64,000 bases of DNA from Chrysomallon squamiferum (GCA_012295275.1 CM022672.1:14942001-15006000), one strand, 5' to 3'; positions 41,401 through 54,500 are shown, counted from the first letter of the stretch. Notes: generated by a model from the sequence alone, not told the origin. Numbers and translations: made by a program.

Positions 41401-44400
41401 TGCAAAAGAATAAAATTAATCAAACTGGATTTGTTCAGAAAACGATATTCTTTAAAAAAAATCCTTTGACATTTATGAAAAGGAACTGGAAACATCAATT
41501 TTAATCACCAAATGATGTGAAAAGATGTTTTCTGTGTTTTCCGTTAGATGTTACGAAAGAGTGTTGAAACGCGAGACTGGCTGAACACCATTGAACCAAG
41601 GAATGTCCGGGCTGTAATGAAGAGGGTTGTCGAGGACATATCTGCCATAGACAACCAGGTGGGTCAGTTTTTTGTGGAGGGGGTGCGGAAGGAGAGGAGC
41701 AGTGATTCCAGCCGTCGCACTCACCCACACAGTCTGTCGCAGCAGCAGAAAAGACCTGCCTGGAGCTACTCGCCAAGGTGGGGATAACTCTGTTTCTAAA
41801 CTGCCATAGTGAAGAGTGAGAGAAAGATTAAACTTTTTAAAAGAGAAAAAACAAAGAAAGTTTTGATTGGATTTTAATTGATGCGTCTGGACGTGGTTGG
41901 TGCCATAATAATAAAAAGTGAATAATAGTAATTTAAAAAACGAAAAGAACAACAATATTTAATTAAAAAAAAATATATATATATTTTTTTTTTTTCAAAT
42001 TTCTAATTTAAATTTTGCATCACTTTTGAGGATATAAAACTGTCAAACCGAAATTTGATACATCCAAAATTTCAGATTAACTATATATATATGTAGAATT
42101 TCAGAAAGGGGATCCACTGCCTGTGTTATAAAAGTTCCAGATCAGTAATAGCCTTTTACTAAAAAAAGAAGAAAAAAACCACAAACAAATTGTTAATTAC
42201 ATTAAACGACTACATTTGTAAGTATTTAACAAGTTTGGTGTATATTTGCAGTGTCGACAACAGTTTAATTAGTAACATTCAGAAATTATTTTCTGAGAAG
42301 ATTGAGATCTTCAGTGCTGTTGAATTCAGCAAGGTGTCAGTGCTGACAGGAATTATAAAGATAAGTCTAAAGGTAAGACAGAGCTGAATTCAGCTATTTA
42401 ATCATCATCACTGCCATTAAAATAGAGCAGTCAGATATATATAAAGATCTGTCAAATGGAGAATCAGATGATGAGATTTTATGATATATATATATAGAAG
42501 TATTTAACACAGATCAGTTTATATATACAAGATGATTTAAAAAAAAAAAAAAATGAAAGGTTTCTTAACACAGCCAACTACATATTACCCATAGCCAGAG
42601 TTCACTACAATTTTAATTTTTGGCTTATATATAATGTATTGGGTGTTTATTTTTTCTGTTTCTTTAAAAAAAAAAATAATAATAATAATTACAATTAAAT
42701 GTCTGAATAAGATAAATTTTATTTGGTTCAGCTGAATACATTTTAATAATCAATGCTCAATTTAGACGTTTTTGGAATGTGTACGTCTGAGAACATTTGG
42801 TCGCTATGGACTACAGCAGATCCAGGTAGACACACACTATTTACAACTCTACCTCTGGAGATTCGTCTCTGATGAAAAGTAAGTCCGAAACATTTCTCTT
42901 TTTTTTAAAAAGAAAAAAAAAAGGATGTTCTTTATTATAGTCAAACCATTCCCACCAGAAATAAGATACTAACATAAACTAAACAAGCTCTAGTTAACGA
43001 GATCAGTTTTGATGAGGGCCTCCAATAATTTTATTTCACTCTTATATATCCTTATTCATTGCTAACACATATCAAGTAGATGATTAATAACAAATAAGCT
43101 AACTCAGTATAAAAGCTAGCCTTTTCACTTTTATTGTGAACCATCATTTAGTGATTTGCTTTTCCACAGATATCTTCAGTAAAAACTTCAGTTCTCGTGA
43201 AATGCAACATGTGCAGTCATTTACAATGTAATTGTAGCAAAATAATAGTAACACCTTATATTTATGTCACATGAAGATTGTTTTATAATGTATCACTGAA
43301 TTTAATCAGAATTTAATCAGATAAATAATAGTACTGTAAAACAAATGCTTTGTTGTGTAAACACAGGAAACTGGATCCTTAGTTTTATTTTTAGATTTTG
43401 TACATTTCAGTAATACTTTGTAACATGATACCATTATAAATATAAAGAGTGATTTTTTTATTACTAGTGTCTGCTGTAACAGAATGTGTTATGCTTTGTA
43501 ATGTAAATCATTATTAACAGTATTGCAGTTTTTGTTTTTAGTTTTTGTGTGTTTTTTAAAACTGCTGGTGTAAAAATATATTTGAAATTTTGTCATTAAA
43601 CAGCTTGGTATAGCAGTGAAAGTAATAAAACTTCTTCTTCATTTTTTTTAATTAAAATTTTCCACACATAAAACTGATTCTAATTTGCAGTTTAACCTTA
43701 CTTCTTTCATCTGGTTCAGTTCATACTGATTTTGCTATTAAAATTGTGTCTTGCTCATTATGTTGCCATTATTTTTCAATATCTGGATGAAATAGTACAT
43801 ATTTTGTTTTTAACAGTTCATTCTGTTTCAAAAAATTAAAATTTGGTATTTAATTAATGTTTCAGTCTGCTTAAAATAAAATAATGATTTATATTTAATA
43901 TTTCTGTCTGGTTCAAATCAAAGAAGTTTTTTTATCAATGTTTCACAGTCTTGTAATAGAGTTCAGTTTGTTTCAGATAAAATGAGATATTGTATTTAAT
44001 ATTTCAGTCAGGTTCAAATGAAAGATTTTGTGTTTTGTATTGTATTGAAGTCCAATTAAAAGATGTTTTCAGTTCATATTTTCTGACCAATTTGAAATAA
44101 AATAGGTTTTGTATTTAATATTGTGATGTTGTTCAAATAAAATAAGTTTTGTATTTAACATTTCAGTTAGGTTCAAATAAAAAGGTTTTGTAATTAATAA
44201 TTCAGTTAGGTTCAAATAAAAAGGTTTTGTGTTTAACATTTCAGTCTAGTTCAAGTGTTGCTGGATGAAATTGTTTGTAGTACAATGCATCGTTGTCTGG
44301 ATGCTGTTACTATGGAACCCAGTGTAAGTTTGTTAATTAATTAATTTTACTGTTGTTTTTATTACTCATTGGGTATTTTTATGAGACATTTATTACTTGT

Positions 44401-44837
44401 TAATAATAATTACATTTAGATGTTTTTGTGTGGATCGTTTTAAATATATTTTTAACTTATATATTCTCTGTTTATTTACTAAATATAAAATGTTTTATGA
44501 GTGACATACTGCTAATAAGAGAAATAATGTAAAAACCAGTTTCCATGGGAATGTCCATTAGGGGGGTTGTTTCATGTGTGTGTGTGTGTGTGTGCGTGCG
44601 TGCGTGTGCATTTTATTTATTTTTTAATTTTCAGGTTATTGATATTATAAATGGGAATGTGCATTAATATATCTCTGTGTCTACATGTGTATATATATAT
44701 ATTTTTTGTTTGCTTTCAAGTTATTGATTTTATTTTATTATATCTGTGTTCACTTGTGTGCATGCATATGTGTATGTGTATGTATATTTTATTTTGTTTT
44801 CTTTCAGGTAATTGATCTTATTTGTGAGAGAGGATGA
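27521..44837 (+). CDS. VPS51: Vacuolar protein sorting-associated protein 51 homolog (GARP/EARP subunit); complete, 20 exons, 787 aa
   Basis: Hand-spliced CDS of 2364 nt, all GT-AG. Motifs [108 protein letters not shown] and C-terminal ICERG-stop match recalled VPS51. Confidence 0.97.
28019..28314 (+). CDS. VPS51: VPS51 exon 2
   Basis: [22 protein letters not shown]...[16 protein letters not shown]. Confidence 0.96.
28646..28801 (+). CDS. VPS51: VPS51 exon 3
   Basis: [15 protein letters not shown]...AGVHSLLKK. Confidence 0.96.
29092..29165 (+). CDS. VPS51: VPS51 exon 4
   Basis: [25 protein letters not shown]. Confidence 0.96.
29539..29671 (+). CDS. VPS51: VPS51 exon 5
   Basis: [25 protein letters not shown]...FKDRE. 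Confidence 0.94.
30040..30128 (+). CDS. VPS51: VPS51 exon 6
   Basis: [29 protein letters not shown]. Confidence 0.94.
31461..31581 (+). CDS. VPS51: VPS51 exon 7
   Basis: [15 protein letters not shown]...AFMNTPM. Confidence 0.92.
32193..32302 (+). CDS. VPS51: VPS51 exon 8
   Basis: [36 protein letters not shown]. Confidence 0.94.
32957..33056 (+). CDS. VPS51: VPS51 exon 9
   Basis: [33 protein letters not shown]. Confidence 0.93.
33708..33808 (+). CDS. VPS51: VPS51 exon 10
   Basis: [33 protein letters not shown]. Confidence 0.95.
34233..34312 (+). CDS. VPS51: VPS51 exon 11
   Basis: [26 protein letters not shown]. Confidence 0.93.
34445..34542. repeat. 98-bp spacerless palindrome centred on TATATA (VPS51 intron 11)
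   Basis: 49-nt arms are reverse complements with 2 mismatches. Confidence 0.9.
34888..35030 (+). CDS. VPS51: VPS51 exon 12
   Basis: [14 protein letters not shown]...IKSVLANLQ. Confidence 0.94.
40222..40344 (+). CDS. VPS51: VPS51 exon 13
   Basis: [41 protein letters not shown]. Confidence 0.95.
40735..40839 (+). CDS. VPS51: VPS51 exon 14
   Basis: [35 protein letters not shown]. Confidence 0.95.
40964..41104 (+). CDS. VPS51: VPS51 exon 15
   Basis: [13 protein letters not shown]...[18 protein letters not shown]. Confidence 0.95.
41548..41777 (+). CDS. VPS51: VPS51 exon 16
   Basis: [30 protein letters not shown]...AWSYSP. Confidence 0.96.
42252..42372 (+). CDS. VPS51: VPS51 exon 17
   Basis: [40 protein letters not shown]. 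Confidence 0.96.
42766..42878 (+). CDS. VPS51: VPS51 exon 18
   Basis: [37 protein letters not shown]. Confidence 0.96.
43845..44255. repeat. About 39-bp minisatellite running into the VPS51 exon-19 acceptor
   Basis: GTTTTGTATTTAA(C/T)ATTTCAGTxxxGTTCAAAT units; the last unit is the real splice junction. Confidence 0.85.
44245..44323 (+). CDS. VPS51: VPS51 exon 19
   Basis: [26 protein letters not shown]. Confidence 0.94.
44808..44837 (+). CDS. VPS51: VPS51 exon 20 (stop)
   Basis: VIDLICERG then TGA. Confidence 0.92.
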   Translation, partial: VIDLICERG

Positions 44838-44921
44838 ACTCATCTGTGTCTGACTGACTGCTCATGGTTTTATTTCTCAGTTTCATGTTAATTAATTGTA
44901 ACTAAATGTTTATTTTGAGAG

Positions 44922-45033
<112 letters not shown>

Positions 45034-47037
45034 AATTTATTGTTATGATTGTTTTCTTGTACAGCCTTTATTGTTGTGAAGAGTTTGTGAAAACTGCAGT
45101 TTGAAATATAATGACTAATCAACATGTGATTTTAATCATTTTATTTATGAACAAATAAAATGCTGTGAACCACAAAGTAAATTTTTTGAAATTTATCTAA
45201 ATTAGTGCTGTATTGAGATGTTATACTGCTGACATTTAATTTAGGCTAAGTTGGCATATGCAATTTTACATTTCTAAAATCATTATTATTTTTATTTGCA
45301 TTACTTTGTGAGCATTAATTTCCTTTGCAAATATATGTTCAGACAGGTAATAATCGCCAGTACCAGTAATGTGGTTTCAGTAAAACTAATATTTCTGTTT
45401 GATATATTTCTGTAATCAGTGCATGAAACTACAGTGTTTTATACTGACTTGATAATTTATTAACAATTTGTGATTGCCAACAGATACTTTGCTAATGAAA
45501 TTTGAGAAAGATCATATCATTTTTGTCCCATCCATTTCACTGAAATACATTTTAATATTAATAAATTTTAATATAATAGATTGTTGTTTTCTTAAAATAA
45601 ATAAATAAATAATGATAATAATTCATAATAATAATATTAATAATAATATTAATAATAATTAAATTGTAATAATAATCTGCAAAAGGAAATACAGTGGTAT
45701 CTTTAGCAAAAATAATGTCCATTACATGCACCTACCCAAAGACAAAAAAAAAATGGCATATACCACTTGCTTTAATAGTTGAGGAGAACTGATTAAAATG
45801 AAAGACCAATCTTGTTAAATGGCTGACCATCTCTCTGTCACAGAGTCATTGACAATTCCTGTACAAGTTAGAAAGTTTGTTTGTCATTGGTATCTCTTGT
45901 CTACCAGTTACAGTAATAATGTTAATATAAACTATTTTCAAATAAAAAGGACATAATTATTATGTTCATGTGTGTTTATATATTAAGAGCTTGGGTGTTG
46001 TGTGAGAAAATGTTTTATGTTTGTTAGGGTATATGTATCTCTGGGTATTATTTGTTCTAGGGGGAAAGGGAATTTGTACAGGCTTTGTGTGTGTGTGTCT
46101 GTGTTTTTATCTTTTTGAGAAAGAGGGAGAGTTTGTTCTATATCAATGAATCATAATTAGCATTTCAAACCAGTAATAAAAATAATAATACATAACTGTA
46201 ATCAGGATGATGATTGACTGGAATGGAGGATATATATTTATAACACTACAGTTTATATTATCTTATCAATTTTCAAATTTCTACCAATTAAAATTAACAT
46301 GTATATATTTGCCATAATTTGCATTTTCTTCAATCATTTGTGTGCACACATACATTGAAAATACACATGATAATGATGATTTTGTTTTCAACTGTAATTT
46401 TATATAACAAACTGTAATCAGCTTAAGATTAAAATATATATGATATATTGTCAGATGAAATAAAATACTGATTATAAAAAAAAAAAACTAACACTGTCAA
46501 GCTTCAAAACAGTACAAGGTCACAAAGTTCTCAATACCTTTGAAAAGATGTCAAATGTTCAGACAGCTTTGTTAGTAAAAACAACAAAAGTCAATAATAT
46601 ATTATTCATAAGATGTTCATAAAACAAAATTTCCTTCTTACATAATGTAAATAATTTATTTTTCATAAAATGAAATCCATTACTTTTTGTTTAAACCCTC
46701 CCAAATATTGTTTGTTAATTGTTTAGAAAAATAAGATTTACTATTCACCAATTATAAATAAACCAATTATAACAACATTGTCAAAAAATATATAAATAAT
46801 ATAGATCGAGAGGTTTGGAAAAGCAGTAATAAAATATTCATGAGGTTGTTTAGAAAATAATAGTTTTCACAAAATATTTAGAAAAATATAAATAAAATAT
46901 TTTTCATAAATTATAAAAAATAAATTAATCTCTTTTTTCTGTACAGAAAAAATAATAAAATATGTTAATTCGCTTGTTTATTTAAAAATAAAAATTGAAT
47001 TGGTATCGAAAAATTTAGTATTCATCAGTTATGTAAA

Positions 47038-47082
<45 letters not shown>

Positions 47083-50000
47083 AATTAACGACCTTCATAC
47101 AAGCAGTATTACTAAAGTTTATTAATTAATTGTAAAAGTTAAACCTAATTAAAAATAAAGCTAGGTGATATTTTGCACGGCTGCCAAGTAATAACTCCGC
47201 ATCATGTGATTCATCATATGGCCGCCGAGAATGCAATACAGCTAGCATGGTTTTGGGGTTTGTTTTATTTTTATTTTATTTTTTATTTTTTCCGACCTCT
47301 TGTTACAAATGATGAATTCAGGCTAATTCAAACAACTGTCCTCAAAACAACCATGGACTCGCTTGCTGCTCTCAGGGCTGACCTTGCAAACTAGAACTGA
47401 AAAATATACTTTTAGCCCTAACCCTAGACACGCACCTACTGTTGCTATTTTTAGATAAAGCCGGGCAATTAACAGCGTGGTTTGGCACCATTCTAGAGTA
47501 TTCAGCTGTCGGTGGAGAGGGACTGTCAAAATTTCATCTGAATACAAAATAATAATTTCAAAAAAAATCTTCCTTGGCAATTTCCTGATATATCAACTCA
47601 TCCCTCCATTTAGAAGGTTTTTACAGGAGTCGAGGAGGAGTTTGAGCCATTTAAAAAGGGTATTTTTGCAAATGTTTAAGGTATCTCAGTTAAATTTTGA
47701 CTCATCTGAAGGGCTGGCTGTCTCCTGAAATGTGATTAAAAACATAACAATAATCAAAGGATAACAATATTTACAAACAGCAAAGAAAATTTAATTTTCA
47801 AAGGAAGATGAACTGGACAAAAATATGTAAATAAACACACACATACACAAACAAAACAAACAATCGTACAGGTTTATCTAAAACTGGGAATGTCACCCAC
47901 TACTAATTATTCATAAACCGATTCCTGCGCGGCCTGAAATTAAAAACTGCATCCGACACTGCCTACACGGCGGCCGAATGAATATCCAATTAAAAAAAAA
48001 TAAACGTTTATTATAATGTGGAAATGAAGAAGCTTCGACGGTTCCAGAATATCTTTAGTGAAAGGGTGACAGATTGTTTTGAAGGAAACGAAAGAGCATA
48101 TATTGAAACTGTAAATGCCCATTATTACTTTTTATTTTTTACTTACAATGCAACAGTGTTTCATATTTTCATCTTGTATTTTCTACTTTAAAGTTAATTT
48201 TAAAACAACAACAACAAAACAAAACAGACAAACCTACGAAAATACCAACCCGCACATACAACGCACACAAACAGAGAAACAAATTTCCTGGATACGTGAG
48301 TAAAGAAAATATTTCAAGCAGTTGTGAGATTGGAATAAAATTTATTTTTATCTGAAATAATTTGGCTTTAATTTAATTAAATTATCGTTGTTGTTGCTGT
48401 ATTGTGTTGTATTTATTTATTTTAAAAGCGTTCGCTGCAAGATAAAATTGATTAAATACGATTATATATACAAAATAAAAAAGCAAATGAATAAAATGTA
48501 TGTTAATATAGTCATCTTATAACTCATGTTAAAGCAGTAAATCATAAATTATATGGAAATATGACCATGGAAACGCTTATGATATTAATATGCAAAACGT
48601 ATACGAATGACGTACGTATAACTTGTCAAAATTATTCATAAACCAAGTGATGGTTTTTATTTTAGTATCGGAAAGTTTTCGTTCCTCCCAGTTTTCAATC
48701 GTATTCAAATTCTCACAAAAATGGTGAATATGTCGACTGATGAGACACCGTGTTTGCAAGCTAGTGACGTATAACAGTGCTTATTTTATTTACTTATTTA
48801 CTACTACCACAACAACAGCAACTACTGCTACTACAACTACTACTGTTACTAGTACTACAACTACTATGATTATTAGCATTAGTATTATAACAAATATTTA
48901 TTTTATTTTGTTCATAACTAAGATTCTTGTCACTGATGTAAGTTTTTCTTAAATTACTTAAGGGAATTTCACAACAGTTTTAATCACAAAATTTCATTCA
49001 CCCGCGAATAAATAATGTTTTCTTGTATGACCCGTTCATATGTTCATGAAGCACACAGCTTTATGTCCAAATCGCAGTGTTAATCACAACTTAATTGTAC
49101 GTTTCATGACATGAAGAAATTGTCTTAATGTATTCTGCATTCTTCCAAGGTTAGGTTTTATACGGTTAACGCGGCTCAGTTTTAATTAAAATGAAGTATG
49201 ACAACGAAAGCGTACAGTTAAAAATGGAACAGATAAACTTTCTCCGATTTCTTCTAGTATTTAAGGGGGACAAAATATAAATAATAATAATAATACAGCC
49301 ATTAGTCAATCCAACACTGTAAATGGATGAAAAGTTCATGCATTATATATTCTGTTTAGGCCATTATGTTTGTTTTATTTTTTTATTATTATTATTATTG
49401 GGTTTTGGGTGTTTTTTTTTTTTTTTTTTAATTTAAGTTGTTTTTTTTTTTTTTTTTTCAAGATTTAGTTGTGTTTTTTGACTTGAGATGTTGACATTTT
49501 TCGATATCGTTACTTAGACTACATTGTTGTGTTTCCTATCAAAACTTCAGAGCCCCTGAATTGATGTTAAAATGTATTTATTTTATGAAAAAGTTGAAAA
49601 TAATTTCATTTTACATATCTTTATATATATGATTAGTCTATTATTTATTTCAAAATTTATTTATTTATTTTGATTCTCCATCCGTTTTCAGCGTTTACAG
49701 AATATTTTATTAGCATGATTAATTTTTTTTTTTTTTTTTTTATTTTTTTTTTTTTTTTCACTTCTACTACTACTTTACTACAACTTCTACTACTACTATT
49801 GTTGCTACTATATGTACCAGGCCATTTATCCCACTTCCAGAAAACATGGTTTAGAGAAACAAATTTATATCTATTAAATTCATTTTAGGTACTTTACTTT
49901 TCATTGTTTGTTTTACATTTTATATATAATGTAAGTCTTGGCTTCAGAAAACCGGAAGTTTCAGAAATGCAGGTAACTTCTGGTTCCAGTCTTACCGGAT

Positions 50001-50236
50001 AAACGGTCTGGTACATGCATTTACTTTCTTGTCTTTCATTTATTTTTTCACACAGTTTTTGTCGAAGAAATTATTGTGAAAAGAATGAAATAAAATTTTG
50101 AATCACATATCTTACAAGAATAGATTTCTCAACCAAAAATCTATATCAAAGTTTAAAAAAAAAATAAGTTAAAAAAAACCTGTTTGACAGAAATACATTT
50201 ATTTCAAAAAACGTTTATCTTCAAACGAAAATATTT

Positions 50237-50271
<35 letters not shown>

Positions 50272-51152
50272 AAAAAAAATAAAAGATTAAATTAATGTAT
50301 TTTGTCTACACTTATGAATGAACAAGATTTCAGTTATTTGGTGTGAATATGACTAATAAAAAAAAAAAAAAAAAAAAACACGAATGAAAACCCCGTAAAA
50401 TAAAAAAATAAAATAATAATAACAAAAAAAAAAATAAAAATAATAAATAAAAATAAAAATAAAAATAATTAAATAATAATAACAACAAAAAAAAAACAAA
50501 ATAAATAAATAAAAAAATAAAAAAATAAATAAATAATAATAATAAAAAAAGTGTAGCGGTATAGTATAACCAGTCGGATGTGGAGCAATGTAATTTTAAG
50601 TTACAGCCCAGTTATGCAAATCAGTGCATCAACAAATCAGTTTTGTTTTTCACCGTAAATAGTTTTGAAAATATCTCAACTGTCATGTTTTTTTTTTTGT
50701 TGTTTTTTTTGCAGAAATCAGACAATAAAACATGTTCTTTGTGTTTTTGTGCGACCTGTCAAAATCTTAATTAATGAAATTATGCTAAAACTACGCATTT
50801 ATTTTGCCAACATTCATCTAAAATCTCTAACATCGCATATTACTGATCAGTAGAACGTGGTTTATCTTTTTCCATCAAAACCTGAGTTTTAGTCCACCAC
50901 ACAGATAATAATAATAACAAAATATATAAAAAATATATATCACAGTTTAAAAAAACAAAAACTATCTGACAGAAATACAATTATTTCAAAAGACGTTTAG
51001 TTTCAAAATAATACATTAATAATAAAAAGAAAGTTGAATTACAGAATAGATTAATGTAGTTTGAACTGATGCCATGACTAAACAAGATTTCAGTTAATAG
51101 GTGTGAATATCACTAAATAAAAATAAAAAAAATAAAATAAAATAAATAAATA

Positions 51153-51193
<41 letters not shown>

Positions 51194-51791
51194 TGATGAT
51201 GATGATGATGATGATAATAAATAAATAAATAAATAAATAAATATATATATATATAAAAAAGTAATAAAAAAAATAATAAAAATAAATTATATGAAATAAA
51301 ATAAAGTAAATAAATAAAATCGATTATAACGTGGCAAAATATTGAAACTTTAGCTTTTAAATTTATGCTTTGAAGAGTTTAAAATTTCTTATTGATGTTT
51401 GGAAAGTAGAACTTCAAAGTGACCTTGACGTGCAATAAATTTCATGTCACGTGACACAGTGCTCCTAAGCCTGATAGAAATAAGCACACGAGTACATCGT
51501 GTTTTAACTCTCAGAATGACGTCACTGACTAATACTGGAAGTGTTGTGAATCGGAAGGTGTTGGGGGCAGGGTTGGTGTTTTGTACCGCAGTCTTACCGA
51601 TGTCTCATTTAGTTGCTCAGCTCATTAAAATCACATCTGTCAGTAAACATGTTCTTGCACAGACCTAAAACAATTTAGTAATAATTACAGAACGATTTTT
51701 CAATTTTACGTAATTAATGTATCTTCCGAAATCTTGCATTTTTATTGACATGTAATGAGCATTTACCACTACAAAAACAACATCTAGTCGA

Positions 51792-51845
<54 letters not shown>

Positions 51846-52909
51846 ATTTTTTTAATTATAATTTTTAAACAGATGACAGTCAATCACTGTATATTTTTAC
51901 CTTTAAAAATCTTCTTCTCGTTACAATGTCATATTGAAAGCAGAATTACGAAAAAAAAAAAAAATATGGTCAACCCGTATTATCAGAACTCTGTCATTTG
52001 TTCCAGCACTGTGCTGACGCCTGTCTGTCCAGGGGTCAGGTGCCAGCATCCCCGATCCCAGAGCTCATGACTCTAACCTCTTCTTTCATCCAAACTGACA
52101 GCTTTGGCTACTCCCAGATAGTTCTGCCAACTGAATTTTAATTAGTTATCTCCATTTTTAAACAGCAGAGCAAATCCTCGTTTTTTAATATATTTAAACA
52201 AATACGTGAACTTCTTCTGTATGTACTATTTTTTTGTACGAAACTAATGAAACACTAAATAATACAGGGTACAAATAATTCTGGTGGGTAATGATATGTG
52301 TCATGGCATGGCAGATTTTTATTTCTTTTTCTTTTAAAAGGGACCTGAATGTTTTGGTGAACAAACTGCACGAGTAAATATGTATGTATGCGTGTGGTTA
52401 CGTGTGTATGTATGTTCGTGTGTGTTATGTATGTCTGTGTGTATGTATGTATGTCTGTGTATTTATGCATGTATATGTGTGTGAATATCATTTTTTATAA
52501 CGTATTTGTGTATTTATAACGTTGGTATGGATGTAATGTCACTATATCTGTACACTCTTTTTATTTTTGTCTTAGTACCTCTGTATGTAACTACTTGTGT
52601 ATGTAAGTGAATGCATGAAGCTAATTATGTTTCTGTCCCAATACTTCTATACGTGTCAGTGATATTATCTTCAAATAATAAAGTCAACTGACATTCGCCA
52701 CATTATAAAAATGTAGAGCAGTGAGTTTTTGAAACTTAATAAAGGAGTAATAATAACACAGTAACTGGACTGGAAATACGATATCACCAGACAACAGGAC
52801 GAATTCAGTGAAGTGTGAACTTATTTTTCACAGTTTGTTTCTGTGGATAATTAGCAATCTCGTTATGCATAATGTGGAAAAGTTAAACTTTCTGAGTAAT
52901 TTTGTGAAT

Positions 52910-53179
52910 GCGTGTGTGTGTGTGTGTGTGTTTTGTGTGAATGTGTGTGTATGTGTATGTGTGTGTGTGTGTGAATGTGTGTTTGTGTGAGTGTGAATGT
53001 GTGTGTGTGAATGTGTGTTTGTGTGAGTGTGAATGTGTGTGTGTGAATGTGTGTTTGTGTGAGTGTGAATGTGTGTGTGTGAATGTGTGTTTGTGTGAGT
53101 GTGAATGTGTGTGTGTATGTGTTTGTGTGTGAGTGTGAGTGTGTGTGTGTTTGTATGTGTGTGTGAATGTGTGTGTGTG

Positions 53180-53181
<2 letters not shown>
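52910..53181. repeat. TG-derived 36-bp minisatellite within a (TG)n tract
   Basis: GTGAATGTGTGTTTGTGTGAGTGTGAATGTGTGTGT about 4 copies. Confidence 0.9.
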
Positions 53182-53212
<31 letters not shown>

Positions 53213-53399
53213 CATCATCATGATGGTAATGATGATGATTATTATTATTATTATTTATTTTATTTTATTTTATTTTTTATTATTATTATTATTTTTTAAT
53301 TTTTATTTTTATTTATTTATTTATTTATTTATTTGTTTGTTTGTTTGTTTCTTGACCATTTATTTTAAGTACGGGATTTACAAAAGACCAGTGACATCA

Positions 53400-53437
<38 letters not shown>

Positions 53438-54293
53438 AAATAAGCATATTAAATATTTTTTAAAAATAAATTCTGATTTGTTTGGAGTGAATTAGTGCAC
53501 AGACTCATACGAACGGACACTCAGACACACACATACACCAGATAATCAGAGACATTATATTTCTGATAACTGTTATCTGCACGGGTACACAACAACATCG
53601 TTTCAAATATTTGAAAATTACAGAGATGAGTAACTCTTTGTCAGGAAGTTACCTTGCAAACTCCCTCGAGTCTTTAAAAATCCAACTCTCCATCTTTTCG
53701 GAAAAATCGCTTTTTGTCTTCTTCATATAATACTATCCTTTTTGGATCATACGAAAAAAAAAAAAAAAAAATTCAGTTATTATCCAAACGTTTTATTGTT
53801 AAAAAGGGGTTAACAGGACAGTATGCATGTTTAAGCATTAATACAGTAAGAAGGACACGTAGATATGAAACAAATATATTTACAGGTTTTCAGAACTTGG
53901 CTTAGTTTAAATAATCAATTAATTTAAGAAAATTATATGACGATCGTTTAAAAATAAAGAAAAACTAGTAATAAAGATGTCATTAAAAAGAAACTCATAC
54001 ATAAAAAGATATAAAATATTGCATATGCAAAAAAAAAAAAAATGAGTAAGAATAAAAGAAGAAATATTCAATTTGCATAAAAGTTATTATAATATATTCC
54101 CTGTGGATACATAAATTAAACATAAAGAAAACAAAATTATAGCAAAACGCCACCTGTTAGAAATAATTATTAATGAATTATACTGACATTAAAAATTGTC
54201 CGAGTTAATTTATTACACATTTCTTCCTTACAAAGTATCGCTGTCTTTACTTTGATGTTGTATTTGCCACTGTTGTTCACCACGTTGTTGTAC

Positions 54294-54371
54294 CTGTCCT
54301 GATAGTAAGCACCAGTGTCGCTGGAACATTGAACACGACGTCCCGCGGCACCAGTACTTATTAACGAACAG
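54294..54371 (-). ncRNA. mir-252a: microRNA precursor mir-252a
   Basis: 5p arm AUAAGUACUGGUGCCGCGGGA (54361-54341) matches recalled miR-252a except at nt 1; it pairs with the 3p arm UUCCAGCGACACUGGUGCUUAC in a roughly 75-nt hairpin. Confidence 0.92.
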
Positions 54372-54500
54372 CAATTTTGTTCCCCGTGGAAAAATGTCCG
54401 TATACCTTTGTCTTATATACATGTATATATTCCACACGTGTTGGTTCTTTATTTTATGTCTCCTCCTAGGTTTTTCTTAATAATAATAATAGTATTATGA

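Noticed and set aside
52883-53438. His/Thr- and Cys/Val-rich repeat ORFs resembling metal-binding peptides
   Set aside because: Products of TG-derived minisatellite and (ATT)n tracts; no splice or codon evidence.
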